Notes: generated by a model not told the origin, from the sequence alone. DNA of 64,000 nt from Amphiscolops sp. MND2022 (GCA_964187785.1 OZ076409.1:22818001-22882000); one strand, 5' to 3'; positions 1 through 12,695 are shown, numbered from the stretch's first letter. Program-made: numbers and translations.

Positions 1-1746
1 GTTCCGTTTTTTTGGTAGGTGACCATTGGTAGGGACTATTTTACAAGTTATTTTTTGCTTACGTTCACAAACAAACATTTGGAAGCAAAACTTAAAAATG
101 CGTCTCGAAACGAACTGTGAGTCTGAATTTAGCTGAATTTACTCATGTTTGGTCTACAACGTGGCCTAAAAAATTTTGGAGGTCATCCAGTAGTGGTGAA
201 CGAGTTTAACGAAACTTTCAACACTAGCCCATAAATATAAGTGACACTGTTTTAGCCGAAGCTTGTTTTTCCAAATAAAAAAAAACATTAAATCAAATAT
301 CTGGCGAATAGTCTTAGAGAGAAAACGTCAAACTTGCCAATGAAGTTCATTGATGCGCTTAGTTTCTTAATTTGATGAAATCTCGAAACGATGAAAGAAT
401 AGATTTCGACAATTTTCGACTATTTTGGTAACGTCTAAAGAAACAGTACATTGATAAATCCTCGCAAATTTGATTACAGTGAACGTTTTTCGGAAGGTTT
501 TGAAACTCTTTTTGTTGCTCATCAATAATTCAGGACAATTTCAGAGTTTTGGCAGTTACTTTGAACTTAAATCATAAAGTCGCTAAAGCTTAGTTTTCAA
601 ACAACAGGTAGGTTTTTCATTGACATCTCAATTCATACTCAGTATTGAGATGCAGTTCGATGATGTATTGTTCACTCTTGTTTAGTTCTTATGAGCGAAA
701 ATTTATCGCAGCCGGTTTACTGCTGGAGGTCGATTGGTATACTAACCTGCTTTCTACAACTATTTTCGTTGGTAAAGGACTTCTCAAAAATGCTCGTTTT
801 TCAAAATCGGGATTTTTAAAAGGTTGCAGAAGTGTAGCTCTCTGTCCTTGCGACTCGCCAATTTTTTTGAAACGCTTCCAGATAGCTAATAACAGCTTCA
901 TAAGGTTGTGGTTGACGTTAGTAAAGGAATTTAACTATGGCAGCTCAAACGATACGCGCTGAACTCTAGTTGAAGTGTCGTCCATTATCTTTTTCATGAA
1001 TCGGAAGAAGCTATTAATATGATTTAGTAGGCACCATGTCAACACAGCCTCAATTGTTAAAATACTATACTCAGGTTTTGAAAAACTAATACGGATTGGA
1101 TACCTTTCTAATTAAAGTGGATATATTGATTAAAAAGTAATCACAAACAAGTTTTTATGCTATAAAATAAAAAATTCATGAGTAGGAGGATCAAAGGAAA
1201 TTACTGAAAGATTCATCGAAAATTTGAAAATTCTCACGGTTGAAATAAATCACCACATTACTCATAGAACTAACAAAATAAGAGGCTCCTGAAATGTTTA
1301 AATATAGATAACTATCAACTCAGCGATCCAGAAAAAGGTAATTCCTCTGTTACAAGTGGCAATAGGTATGTAGTTTAAGTGTACTACGAACTTATGTGGA
1401 CTCAAGGTGAACTCTGAAGATACAAACGCCTCGGTTGAATAAATATATAGATCGTGCGTTAATTCGAAAGACCCTGGCTACCTGGAAACCAACGAGACGA
1501 CTCTCTAGAGCGTGGGCATGGCCCCTAGCACGATCGTTTGTAATTATAGACTTTTTTCGAACACAAAGTCATTCTGCAGGAAACAGGTTTAGATCAAGTT
1601 TTGTTTTTCCAAATCTGTAAACCTGTCTGATTGATCTCTCTTCTGAGAAAATATAATCTCGAGTTGAAAAAAAATCATAAATTCACTTTCGATATGAAAT
1701 AGTTTATTAGGAAGTTCGAAAGTTCTTCAGCGTCTCAGATATCGAT

Positions 1747-2080
1747 TAAAAATTGATAAACGAGTTTGTAAAGTTGAGATTGCCTTCTGTTCAAATGTCA
1801 TCCTAATTAATTTTCGTGATGTTTTTTATTTATAGTCCTTGGCTGCAACATTACGAGTTTGATTTTTTAAATTTAAAAACACACTTGTGATAAGGAAGTG
1901 ATTGTTTCAATCATGATTGAAACAATCACTTCCTTATCACAAGTGTGTTTTTAAATTTAAAAAATCAAACTCGTAATGTTGCAGCCAAGGACTATAAATA
2001 AAAAACATCACGAAAATTAATTAGGATGACATTTGAACAGAAGGCAATCTCAACTTTACAAACTCGTTTATCAATTTTTA
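1747..2080. repeat. Perfect spacer-less palindrome, 167-bp arms
   Basis: TAAAAATTGATAAACGAG...TTTCAATCA|TGATTGAAA...CTCGTTTATCAATTTTTA; centre between 1913 and 1914; no mismatch found by eye. Confidence 0.95.
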
Positions 2081-3389
2081 GTTGCAACTAGAATTCCAAC
2101 TCAACAGGATATTTTCAAATTTCAATCAATTCTTTCCAATATTTCATATTTTCTTTCCTAATTTTAACATTTCTTAAGGAGTCTTAGGCATTGCTCATTT
2201 TAGTGTCATCTTCTTATTCAATATCAAAATTTCGGAAAAAAATCTTACCACGGGATGAACAGACATGTAAAATAAAGTAATATAGTATTTTTTCAGATGC
2301 CATAAACGTTATAATTTGTAAAAAAAAATACAAGTCAATCAAATGAACATCCAAAACGGACTAGGAAAGAGCGTAATCGCTCTTCAAGTACTCGCCCTCA
2401 AGAATCAATTTTTAACATTTTCATTCATTTATTGATTTTTTTTGCAGAACGATTACGCAATTATCACTCAGAACAGAATATACATTGCTTGTAATCTATA
2501 ATATACAAAGAACCCAATTTGGTAACGTTGGCCGGCATTTGGGTTGAACTCAATGTCATTAGGTATCATGAAATTCATAAAATCAATTAATAAATGAACC
2601 TTAATTGCCGTTAAAAACAATTTTCATGTCATTACTTTAATGTACGTAGAGTTAATGTTACTTTAGAGTACTCCATAACTGATCATTATATAAACTTGGT
2701 TTTCATTCATGGTCATAGTAAAAACTGGTTAGGTTCCCAAAAAAATAAATAGTAATGGTCTTCGGCTGTATATTTTTAAGTACATTTGTTACCTAGCCTA
2801 GTCAGTTCAACCAGATAGTAATAAATTTTTCGCTCATCACTCAACCAATGTGTCATTTTTGACCAAGAAATTAAGAATGTGGTTTTGTTGACGCCTCTGA
2901 ATAGAAACTGAAGACGTTTAGCTCTAAAACAACTAAAAAAGCAAATTTCAAAGTGCTATAAGATGATCAAAACAGCAGTACGTGCTATTTTTGACTAATG
3001 CGCCCTTATTTGACCTTATGAAGCGAGCGATTCAGGCAAAAATTGCGAAATCCAGACCTTTTATATAGTTTCCCTTTCATGTCCCGTTTTTGAGTCTTGT
3101 GGAGATTTATCAACTTTTTTTGTTAACAATTCTACATTTAGGAATAGTGAATAGATCTGGATTCCATTCTCGAGGAACACGACCGAAGTTGTCTGCTTGT
3201 TCAACATCAACAGTAATTGGGAGTAAACACCAAACATGAAATAAATAACATCATTTTTTTAGTATCCGATATAATGATGGTCTAACGTTTCCGTCGACGG
3301 TATCTACTCGAAATCGGGTAATATATCATGTTCTGGCGTGTTTGAAGAAACCTCCAGGATGTTAGTGTAATTAAATGCGAAATTGTTCC

Positions 3390-3594
3390 TGTTATAGACT
3401 CGCAGAAAAGATAGAATTAAGAAGTTCAAATTAAGAAGAGAGTGTTCTCATGAAATGAGAGTACAGAGTATCAGTATCTATACGTGTAGCAACGTAGGCA
3501 ACAACTAAATGATGGGGATGTTCTATATAGTTCATAGGCAGGTACTTCAATGTTCAATTAAGTCTGTCTAGACTATGTAACTTTCACCTCTACA
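3390..3594 (-). repeat. 3' LTR of element 1 (205 bp)
   Basis: TGTTATAGACTC...CCTCTACA, direct repeat of 9098-9288. Confidence 0.95.
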
Positions 3595-3607
3595 CTCCCC
3601 CCTCTTC
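3595..3607 (-). promoter_or_regulatory. Polypurine tract of element 1
   Basis: CTCCCCCCTCTTC on + is a purine run on -, abutting the 3' LTR. Confidence 0.85.
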
Positions 3608-3801
3608 GGGATTGTGGTACCATTCTTGAGTGTCTCAGGCGTTCTTGTTTTGGGCCTTCTGTTTGTTGGCTGTGTTTCGGATGAAGTGTATAACCTTCTT
3701 CTGGCTTTTTGGCTTCGGATCTAGAATAATTCAAAGGTTGTCAAAAGTATTCTATGCCACCCATTTTATTAACTCTTTTTGCGTTTTTGATTCTATTGGA
3801 T

Positions 3802-6800
3802 CTACGGATCCCTCCCCCCCACGATTTTTGGCTTGTTCTCCCCGACCTCTATATTGAATTCTACTACACCTTTATTGACTGAATTTGAGCCTTTTTGTGG
3901 TGATCCAGTTGGGATTTGGTCAGGGTCCTTGTTAGTACGGTGTTGTGCCAATTCCGTACTGCAACTGACGAGTGGTAGGATTTCGGGTGTTTGGCTTTCC
4001 TCCGATTTGGCCGCTGTCTCGTCTGTGTCGTTGGTATTGTACTTTATGTCTGCCGTGACGGTGATTTCATTGTCGGTATTGTCCGTGAGCGGTGGTTCTT
4101 CCGCTTGGGATGACTGACTGTCGAAGATTATGGTGACTTCCGGGATTTTTTCGGTCTGTTTGGCGGGCATCATTGGGAATGTTTCCGAGCTGGTCGATTG
4201 TTTTTGTAACTCTGATTTTACCCTTTTGTGGGTGTCGCATAGTTCTCCGTTGCTGAATCGTCCGCATCTTGTGCACCGTTTGGTCGGTTTTCTGGTCTCC
4301 TCGGTTTTCTTCAATGGCTGAAATTTTAAAGGGTTAGATGCCAGATTCTTATGAATGATTTTACCATCAGTAGTTGTTATGATATGTTTAGTCTCTCTGG
4401 CTGCAGTTAAAATTTTATCCGTTTTAAATCTACATTTTAGTGCATTGGGTTTGTTTTCCTTTTCGAAGAATTGGTAGCTTTTAAAATTGTCGCTTACCGA
4501 TCGTCCCCTCTTTCTTGACTCATTGAGTATCAAGTAATCGGCCAGTTCTCCATCTGAGTAGTGAATCGTAAAAACTTGCAATTCGGCAGGCTGGGCTAAA
4601 ATGTAATTTGTTAATGTTTTCTTCCAATTCGTTAATAGGCAATTTGGTTGACCAATCAGATTAGTTATCGGCGTGCGTGGTTTTCTCCCGTAGTGTAATT
4701 GGAAAGGTGTCATTTTCAGAGTGCTATGTTGTGTTTGCCTAATAGTTTTAATTGCCTTATTGACACTTTCTTCAAAGGTTAAATTGTCTTCTAAATTGGC
4801 TCTAGTTAGCGACTTAATTGTGTGAATTGTTCTTTCGACCAATCCGGTTCCCGTATGTAAATTCGGTGTGCACCGTATTCTTGTAATATTTTCGCCGTTG
4901 CAGTAGTCTTTAAATTCTTTGCTTTTAAAGCAACTACCGTTGTCGGTGCGTATAATTTGTGGCGTTCCGTTATCGGCACAATATTTTTTTAAAAATTTTA
5001 TTACGGTTTGAGAGTCCGTGTTTTTACAAATTCGGGCCGTTGGCCATTTGCTAAAACGGTCGATCGCGACTAAAATATAGACGTTTCCGCGTGATTTTGA
5101 TTTTATCGGGCCAGCGAAGTCTAGTTGGATTTCTTGTCCAGGTTCGGTTAAAATTTCGAGTCTATTTGTCTCCGATTGTGGTATTTGTGTTTTTAAGTTC
5201 TTACCTGCGGTTCGGCAGCTGGGGCAATTTTCAGCTTTGTCTCTGATCTCACGATGGATGCCCGGCCACCAGAAGGCCTCCGCAGACTTGTCCATCTTGT
5301 TGATAGATACGTGGCCGTTGTGTAGCATGGTGATCATCGTCGGTCTCATCGCTTCGGGAATAACTATGCGGTCATTGTAAAAAAGTAATCCGAAGCGGGT
5401 TTCAAGGTGTTCGCGATGTGGGCGATATGGATAAAAGATGCCGTCGCGGTTCCCAGTTTCCAGGGCGATGATAGCGTATAGTATCTTGGTGTCTTGTGCC
5501 GTTTCCTCAACCAGCATTGGCAGATCCATTGCAAATTCTCTTTCGGCCTTTTTAATCTTCTCTGCCGTTTTTTCGTTTCTGTCTTCTGGCAGCGTATTTC
5601 GTTTAGCGGCTTGTTTTAGTCGGATTAGATTAACGCTTTCGTGTTTTTTGAACTTTTTCAAAATGTTTGTTGGACATTTCTCCGTTTTCAGGTGACTAAT
5701 TTGGCTTTCGTTGTCGGAAGACACATTAATCCAGGATTCGTGGATGTTTTCGTTGAATTCTCTCAGGGGTAAAGTCCCCAGGCTTTCGCAATATTTGAAG
5801 AATCGATTGTAGATCATTATGTTGATTCGTTCAATTTCTTTCCTCTCTTGTTGTGAAGGACGGTATTGTTGTATGCGTTCGTTTTTGCTGCCTTTTCCTA
5901 CGATTCCGGTACGATTAGGTTGTAGGATTTTATTTCTTTCGGAGCGAAGTTTACTTGTTTCTGGGGAATGTCCCCGTTTTTTGAAAATAAATTCGATGTC
6001 AATTCCATTGACTTTATCCATTTTTGACATTTGCGGTACTTTATTCTCAAAGTTTGTACTGTTTGACGGTTCAATGTTGTTTCGCGGTGAGAAAGTTTGA
6101 ATTGAGTCTCTGTTGTTGGTTTGTTCACGTGTTTGTTTTGTGCGTTGTGGTTGGTCGGATTTTGATGTCGATGACTGTCGTTGGATGTGTTGCGTAATAC
6201 TGCCGTTCGTGCGATTAAACTCGAATAAGCCGTATATCTGATTTACTACGAATTCCTTTTCGGCTTCTTTTTCTTCGTTCTCGCATGATGTTTCCGCTTG
6301 GCGTTCAGTGAGTATCGGGTGTCGGCTTAGATAATCCGTTAATGGAATATTCTTGCCTGCGGTGTATTGCACATTCACATCGAAATGGCTCAGACGGTCT
6401 AACCACCGTGTGAGTCATGCACTATATTGTTTATGGGCTCGATTGCGCTTTAATAATGGTTGTAACGCTTGATGGTCGGTCAGGAGGTTTACTTTTTTTC
6501 CGTATACGTAATACCTGAAATATTCGAGGCCCCAAAAGACGCCTAATAGTTCCAGTTCGTTTATGGCGTATTTTCTTTCACAATCAGTGAGAAATCTGCT
6601 GGCAAAGGCTATTGGCCTGAAGTTTTCATCCTCTTTTTGCCATAGGGTTGCCCCTAATCCGGTATTACATGCGTCAGTTGTTATAAAATTATCTTTTTTT
6701 GAATCAAAGTGTGCTAAGCATGGTGCTTCCGTTATTTCCTTTTTTAATTGTTCGAAATCGTCATTTTTTTTGTCCATTCCCATTTTGTGCCTTTTTTCAG

Positions 6801-9075
6801 CAATCTTCTCATTTTGTCTGTTTTTTTGGATAGATTGTTCAAAAATTTTGATAAGTGTTGTATCGAGCCCAGAAATGATTTTAGTTCCTTGGTGTTTGTG
6901 GGTGCTTTCAATTTCGTTATCGCTTCTGTTTTATCTTTAATTGGTTTCACTCCGTTTTGGTTTATTTCGTATCCCAACCAGGTTAGTTCTTTTATAAACA
7001 GTTCTGTTTTTTTTCTCGCTCGCTCGGTAACCTTTTTCTTGTAGTTTCGACAGTATTTCGCGTAATTCTCCTTCGTGTTCTTCTATTGTTCCGTTGGTGA
7101 CACAAATGATGTCATCTAACCAGACTGGTGTTTTGAATTCTAGGACTTTATCAATATGTTCTTGAAACACGGTGGGAATATCCGATAGTCCGTAAAATCC
7201 CTTTTTAAATCGGTAAAGTCCGGTAAAATCACCGCCGATAATTGAAAACACGCAGTGTCGTGACGCTTCTGGAGATAGTTTTGCCTGTCCATATGCGTAG
7301 TCTAGGTCGATTTTGGAATCCATATCTCGCCGTTGTTTTTTGTGATTTTTGTGGATATTTTGCTGATTAGTTCTTCCATGTTTGGCATTGTTGCCTTTCT
7401 GTTTATGCAGGATTCGTTTAATTTCCTTGAGTCCAGTGCAATTTTTACTGATTCATCTTTTTTGATCGTTATGACCGCGGGTGAAACGAAACAATTTTCG
7501 GTCGTTTTTTCGGCTTTTTCCAAGTGCCCTTTATCAATTAATTTTTTAAACTCGTTTTTTACAATGTTCTGAAAGTGTATGGGTACCGGTCTCCCCTTTT
7601 GTTGAATGGGTTTTGTGTCTTTTTTCAACTGAATGTCTATTGTCAGGTCTTTTATTGTGTGGTTGTTTTTAAAAAGGTTTTCAAATTCTTTGAAAATTTT
7701 CTCACCTTTTTCACTTGCAGTTATGTTCCGGATAATGTTTGTTTCCAGATTTCCGTGTAATCCGATTTCCAACTTGTCTAGCCAGTCCATTCCCAGAAGG
7801 GGTTGTGTGTTTTTCTTTTCCGTAATTAGGATGGGTAGTACTGTTTTTGTTTTTGTCCGTTCTGACTTCTACCATCGCTTCCCCCTGGAATTTGATTGGA
7901 TTTTTGTTTACGTCAACGAAACATTTTGAAGTCGCTTTGATTTCTTTTGGATTGATAATTGGCGGGATTATCGTCACTGGAGAGCCTGTGTCAATAATGA
8001 ATTCTATTGGTTGTCCATGGACCAATAGAATTGTTTTGTAAAAATCCACTCGATTAATACCGTTGACGGACTGAATGTGATCAATTTCTGGCCATGGTTC
8101 GGTGTTGCTGCCCGACGATACTGCTTCGGTTATCCGCCTGACGGTCTTAGATTTGCAGACTTTGGCAAAGTGCCCCATCTTTTTGCAATTATTGCATTGT
8201 GATCTCCGTGCTGGGCAGACGTGTTCCATAGACCAGTTTGGTTTCCCGCAAAAGCGGCAATTTTTGTTTGAAGTTTTTCTTTTCTCGTTGAAGTGTGTTT
8301 TTCGCTTCCGTAATTGATTAGTATGGCCGATTTGTTCGGACGATGTTGAGCTGCTTGTGGAGTCTCTTTTGGCTTTTTTGATTTTGGGTTTTTTATCTCC
8401 GTATTTTCTGTTGTAGTTGTCTAGTTCTATGGTTTCCAATACCAATTGTATTTTCAGTGGGCCTTTTATGAAATTATCACGGGCTCTTTTGTCCTTTATG
8501 GTGGCTGCAAACTTGTATCTAATGATTTCTTCTGGTGTGACGTTGTTGAAGTCACATTTCCTTTCAATGTCCACCAGTCTTTTCCAATACTCATGCAAGG
8601 TTTCGTTTTCCTCCTGTTTCATATTGAAAAATTGTGCCCTGCTGTGGAATACATTTCTCGCTGGGAGGAAGGTTTTTTTGAATAATGTCAGCAGTTCTGG
8701 TAGTCTGACATCTTTTAGCTCTCGGCCCCATTGACCTCTCATAATTTCATGTTCGGCCTTTGGGCCCAGTGCCCAGATGACGTCGCCTTTTATGTGGTAC
8801 GCTGTATGTTGGTCCATGTTCAGTGGCCCCCTCTTCAGTGATCTCGTCTAGATTTCGGTCGTAAGTCAGATGGATATACTCCGATATTTGTTCCCACCAC
8901 ATCTTGGGATTAATCTTGGTGAGATCGGTATCTCTGTCTGATAAGATTGGGATTTTGTACTTACTTTTTTCGGCTTCTCGGACATTGTTTGGTTGTTTAT
9001 TGTTCTCGTTGACTGTTCCGATGTCATCGGCTCACCTTCCGTTGGGTTGGGGTCGGTGTTGTTGATTTCCAGCAT
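3802..9075 (-). pseudogene. Frameshifted gag-pol of element 1
   Basis: Gag with CRFCGKPNWSMEHVC and CNNCKKMGHFAKVC knuckles; protease FIIDTGS; RT WLDDII; RNase H TTDACNTG...NELE...TDHQAL; integrase HNGH...CPSC, LDFAGP, RTDNG, VERTI. Split over ORFs 8866-9081, 7711-8817, 7302-7790, 6937-7323, 6744-6977, 6415-6783 and 3802-6378. Confidence 0.93.
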
Positions 9076-9079
9076 GTTC

Positions 9080-9097
9080 AAATTGCTGACTGCGCCA
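9080..9097 (-). promoter_or_regulatory. Primer-binding site of element 1 (probably tRNA-Ser)
   Basis: TGGCGCAGTCAGCAATTT on - directly after the 5' LTR; complementary to a tRNA 3' end ...GACUGCGCCA. The tRNA identity is from memory. Confidence 0.75.
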
Positions 9098-9288
9098 TGT
9101 TATAGACTCGCAGAAAAGATAGAATTAAGAAGTTCAAATTAAGACGAGAGTGTTCTCATGAACTGAGAGTACAGAGTATCAGTATCTATACGTGTAGCAA
9201 CGTAGGCAACAACTAAATGATGGGGATGTTCTATATTACTTGAATGTTCAATTAAGTCTGTCTAGACTATGTAACTTTCACCTCTACA
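9098..9288 (-). repeat. 5' LTR of element 1 (191 bp, 14-bp deletion)
   Basis: Matches 3390-3594 but lacks AGTTCATAGGCAGG and has a few substitutions. Confidence 0.95.
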
Positions 9289-9316
9289 GTTCCCTCAAAC
9301 TCCTAAGTTGACAAAA

Positions 9317-9481
9317 ACGTAGCAACGTAGCAACGTAGCAATGTAGCAACGTAGGCAACAACTAAATGATGGGGATGTTCTATATAGTTCATAGGCAGGT
9401 ACTTGAATGTTCAATTAAGTCTGTCTAGACTATGTAACTTTCACCTCTACAGTTCCCTCAAACTCCTAAGTTGACAAAAAC
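9317..9481. repeat. Tandem duplication of the outer LTR half plus flank, headed by (ACGTAGCA)n
   Basis: Second copy of ...GTAGGCAACAAC...CTCTACA-GTTCC-CTCAAACTCCTAAGTTGACAAAAAC. Confidence 0.9.
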
Positions 9482-10109
9482 AAACTGATAAGTGGATTCA
9501 TTCAAGTGGACAAGTTTTGCTCTATTTTGCTTTTTTCAAGTTATCGGTCGGAAAAACCGCGCAAATTACATGTGATTTGACTTGGGTTCATTTAACAAGA
9601 TCGTTCATTTCTGTAATTTCTCACTTGATTACTTCGTTATGAGGTCTCTTTGCAGATTTAACTACCTTCAAGTTGAAATTGGTGTAGCCGTTTTTCGGCA
9701 CTTCTGTATTTTTGAAAAAAAACTTGACCGAAAAAAATAAATGGCATTTGGAGCAATTTACAAGCCGTAATTTATCAAGTAAGCAGTTCCCTCGGTCGTG
9801 TGCAAAAGCATTTTGTCACCTACCAATTGGTTATCAATTTTTTTGTGTTCAGGATTTTTTTCAGTGTCTTCTCAGCGATTGCAAGATAATGATTTAACGA
9901 TTGTAGCAAACTTTGCTCTCAATTTAATGGACACTCCGTTGGTTGGTCTAAGTTTCCTTTCTTTTCATAAAATCGAGATCAATGTTTCTCTAAATTGAAC
10001 AAATTTTGACATAATCTACATAAATTCGTTTGAAAAACTGTTTGTTTTCCTTGACAATAACCGCTGTCTCGTTTTGAAGCTGGGATGAACTTTCAAATTT
10101 TTCCAACAA

Positions 10110-10544
10110 TTTTTAGTCGGCGCTTCATGAAGTCGGCGCTTCAATCCACACGAACTGACCAAAATAGTTTTTTAAAAGTTCTACGAAACTTTATGGTGTC
10201 AAATTGAACCATTTGGCCTAGCGAACTGAACCAAAAAGGGTTTTCCTTTATTTCCGCGTCACATACAATACTGAGCGAGACTAAAGGATCCCCCTTTCAG
10301 TTTTTCTCGGCATTGTGAGACTTTTTTCAAAAAACTTTTGATGACTTCAAATGGTCCCCATTCCATTTTGTTGATGTTTTGCGACCCCTTTTTTTAGCGC
10401 GACAGGGGTCCGGGCTAGCGGGCCCCCGGCTTGCCAATTCGGTCCAACTTTTGGGTTTTTCGAGTACTGTAAAAGAACTTTGAAGTCCTTTTGCTATTTT
10501 TGAGCCTTAGATATGGCGCCGACTTAGGCCGGTCCTGGCTTGTT
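10110..10544 (+). mobile_element. Helentron-associated non-autonomous element (HINE/DINE-1-like), family A
   Basis: TTTT-AGTCGGCGC at the 5' end, inverted GCGCCGACT near the 3' end, short hairpin and CTTGTT terminus; same ends recur at 35715, 47904 and 61461. Confidence 0.7.
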
Positions 10545-10626
10545 GTTGTAATTCGCAGCTTCGAGTATGTCTTCTAACGCCTCGAAGCAACAATTATATG
10601 TGCTGTTAACTCGGTGGCTTTTTAAA

Positions 10627-10878
10627 TTTTCCGCTGTCGCAAATTTATTTATGTAGAAAGAGGAAAATTACCATCTGTTTGCGTTTTTTCTAAACAAATT
10701 CTGCCAAAAATACACTTTGCGATATATTTCATTTAGTAACTGTAGTTTGCCCAGTTAGCTGTTAAGGCGTCCGCCTGCCAGTCAGTAGGTGGTCGGTTCG
10801 AACCCAGGCCGATGCATGAATTTTTCTGTAATACGAGTGCGGCGGAAAATATCCCTGTGCTTAGTGGGCGTCTTGTTT
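10627..10878 (+). mobile_element. HINE-like element, family B, with a tRNA-like internal segment
   Basis: TTTTCCGC...GCGGAAAA subterminal IR and CTTGTT end; contains GGTTCGAACCC B-box at ~10795-10805; related inverted copy at 46115-46367. Confidence 0.6.
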
Positions 10879-11069
10879 AAATATGAAAGGTAATGTTATT
10901 AGAGATTGATCAATACATGTGCCCACAGTAACGGTATTTAATGGATCAAACAATATTGCATAACATTCTATTGATGAATAAACATGGAACCAAAAGTGTA
11001 CTGTCTATGTATCCATGTATCTCGAAAGAAATCAAATGCTTGAAATCGAATGTCCTAATGTCCAAAGAT

Positions 11070-11169
11070 TTTTAAATAGATAAATTGACAAGAATGGAAA
11101 GTTTTTTGATATGTATTTCGATGGTATATCAAAAAAACTTTCCGTTCTTGTCAATTCATCTTTTTAAAA
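11070..11169. repeat. Imperfect ~43-bp inverted repeat (hairpin)
   Basis: AATTGACAAGAATGGAAAGTTTTTTGATAT / ATATCAAAAAAACTTTCCGTTCTTGTCAATT with a ~13-nt loop. Confidence 0.85.
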
Positions 11170-11964
11170 GTGTGTCTAAACGGCTAAATGGATATTGAAA
11201 AAATGCTTTGCTGGAAAATATTTCCAAAGCAGAAGTTTGAAGTTAATAACCCGGCCAAAGTACTGAGTCTTTTCAGTGACCTGTGTCGGCCAACTTTCGA
11301 AACACCTTTTCACGAAAGCAAATAGGTTTTTGATCAAATAACCAGTTCCAAACTGCGATGAACGGTGATTGTATTGATGTTTTTAAACACACAGCCTGAC
11401 GTGAAACAGCAATCAACATTTTCCACAGTTCTTTCAACTCAAGACTTCGTGATTATTTGTACTGAATAGCAAATAGTTGAGTGGCTTGTTATTTCATATC
11501 TGGAGCCGCCATAAGGCTCCACAGAATTCCAGAGGACTCCGTTTAGTTCCATGAAAGTATATGCATTGAAATTTGAATTGCCGTTCCATAAAATGAATCA
11601 CACTGAAGGCATGTGACAGATATGATTCGATGTAAGTATTTTAGCAGAAACTGGCTATCCATTTTGTACGGAATTGTCTGGACGCTTTTTTGAACCAGAG
11701 CCGGGTTAATTTTGACTAGAAGTCTAATGGTCTAATAGTTTTGTGCCTTGACATAGTGATGCCGGCAATTGTATCATAAAGTGCCCTTAGACACCAAGCA
11801 GCTGCTCGAATCGAGACGGCTGGAACTTTTCACAAGCTACAGACCTGTATGCAGAATAATTTTTTAAAAACCTAGAAAATTCATTGATGGCATCCTTCAA
11901 AAACATGCAAACAGTTCAAGCAATTTGAACCAGGGTGAACACATTAGTTGAGAAGATCAGCTAC

Positions 11965-12695
11965 TGTAACGATCACTTATCGAGTCCGAGAATTCGAAAT
12001 TGTTTTGAAAATTTCGTTCAAGGGACTAGATGCCCTCCCCTGAAAAGTCATATTCCGCTGAAGGATACCGTGTCTTTACCAAAGGACCTGTCCCCGAAAA
12101 TGAAAAGGATTTGAGCGAGAGAAGCAGAAGAGACCCACTACGAACTAGACGACTACAGGAATCCGCAAAACCTGTCAGAAAAAGACTCAAATTTCGGCCG
12201 ATACGGACTAAACTCTGTTCCCATCGGTGCTTTCTTTAGCAGATCATTACAATATGTTGTGACCACCAAAATGAGTCAACTAGCTTGAACAAGCATCCGT
12301 GCTTGTGTCCCAGGCTAATTGCTGCCCCAAAAGTGCTAATTATGCAGTAAATTGCGTATTTTGTCGTGGTAATAGCTCGTGAGCTACATATTTCGATTTC
12401 CTCTGTAGCTACAAGAGAACACGATTTTCTTTTTCCACCTCACCTGTTTTTAAAGGCTATCTAAGCGTTGGTTTCGAAGAAAAAGCGTAATTCGCGTTGC
12501 TGATAGCAATTACAGACTGGATCAGGCCGGCGAGCACTTCACAAGAAGCGGAATCCTCCTCTGACGGGACAGTTTTTACCCGAAGGAGGCAAAATGAGCT
12601 CATGGTCATGGGCGCCTGTCCCGGGCAAATACCCATATCATGTGTTCCTCTTACTCTCATGGTTACGGCGACAGTGGTGAGAGCCTGTCGTTACA
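11965..12695 (+). repeat. 5' LTR of element 2 (731 bp)
   Basis: Direct repeat of 27808-28539; about 7 substitutions and 1 indel counted by eye. Confidence 0.97.

Larger units (their letters stand above)
3390..9288 (-). mobile_element. Full-length, decayed Ty3/Gypsy LTR retrotransposon (Mag-like)
   Basis: Two TG..CA LTRs, 5-bp TSD GTTCC (3385-3389 and 9289-9293), PBS, PPT, and Gag-PR-RT-RH-IN order on the minus strand. Confidence 0.95.

Noticed and set aside
645..1100. Possible LINE ORF1 remnant or short ORFs
   Set aside because: Only vague similarity; no diagnostic motif
10750..10817. tRNA-Gly(GCC)-like gene
   Set aside because: Acceptor stem and D-arm do not pair properly; embedded in a repeat with a diverged second copy, so treated as tRNA-derived rather than a tRNA gene
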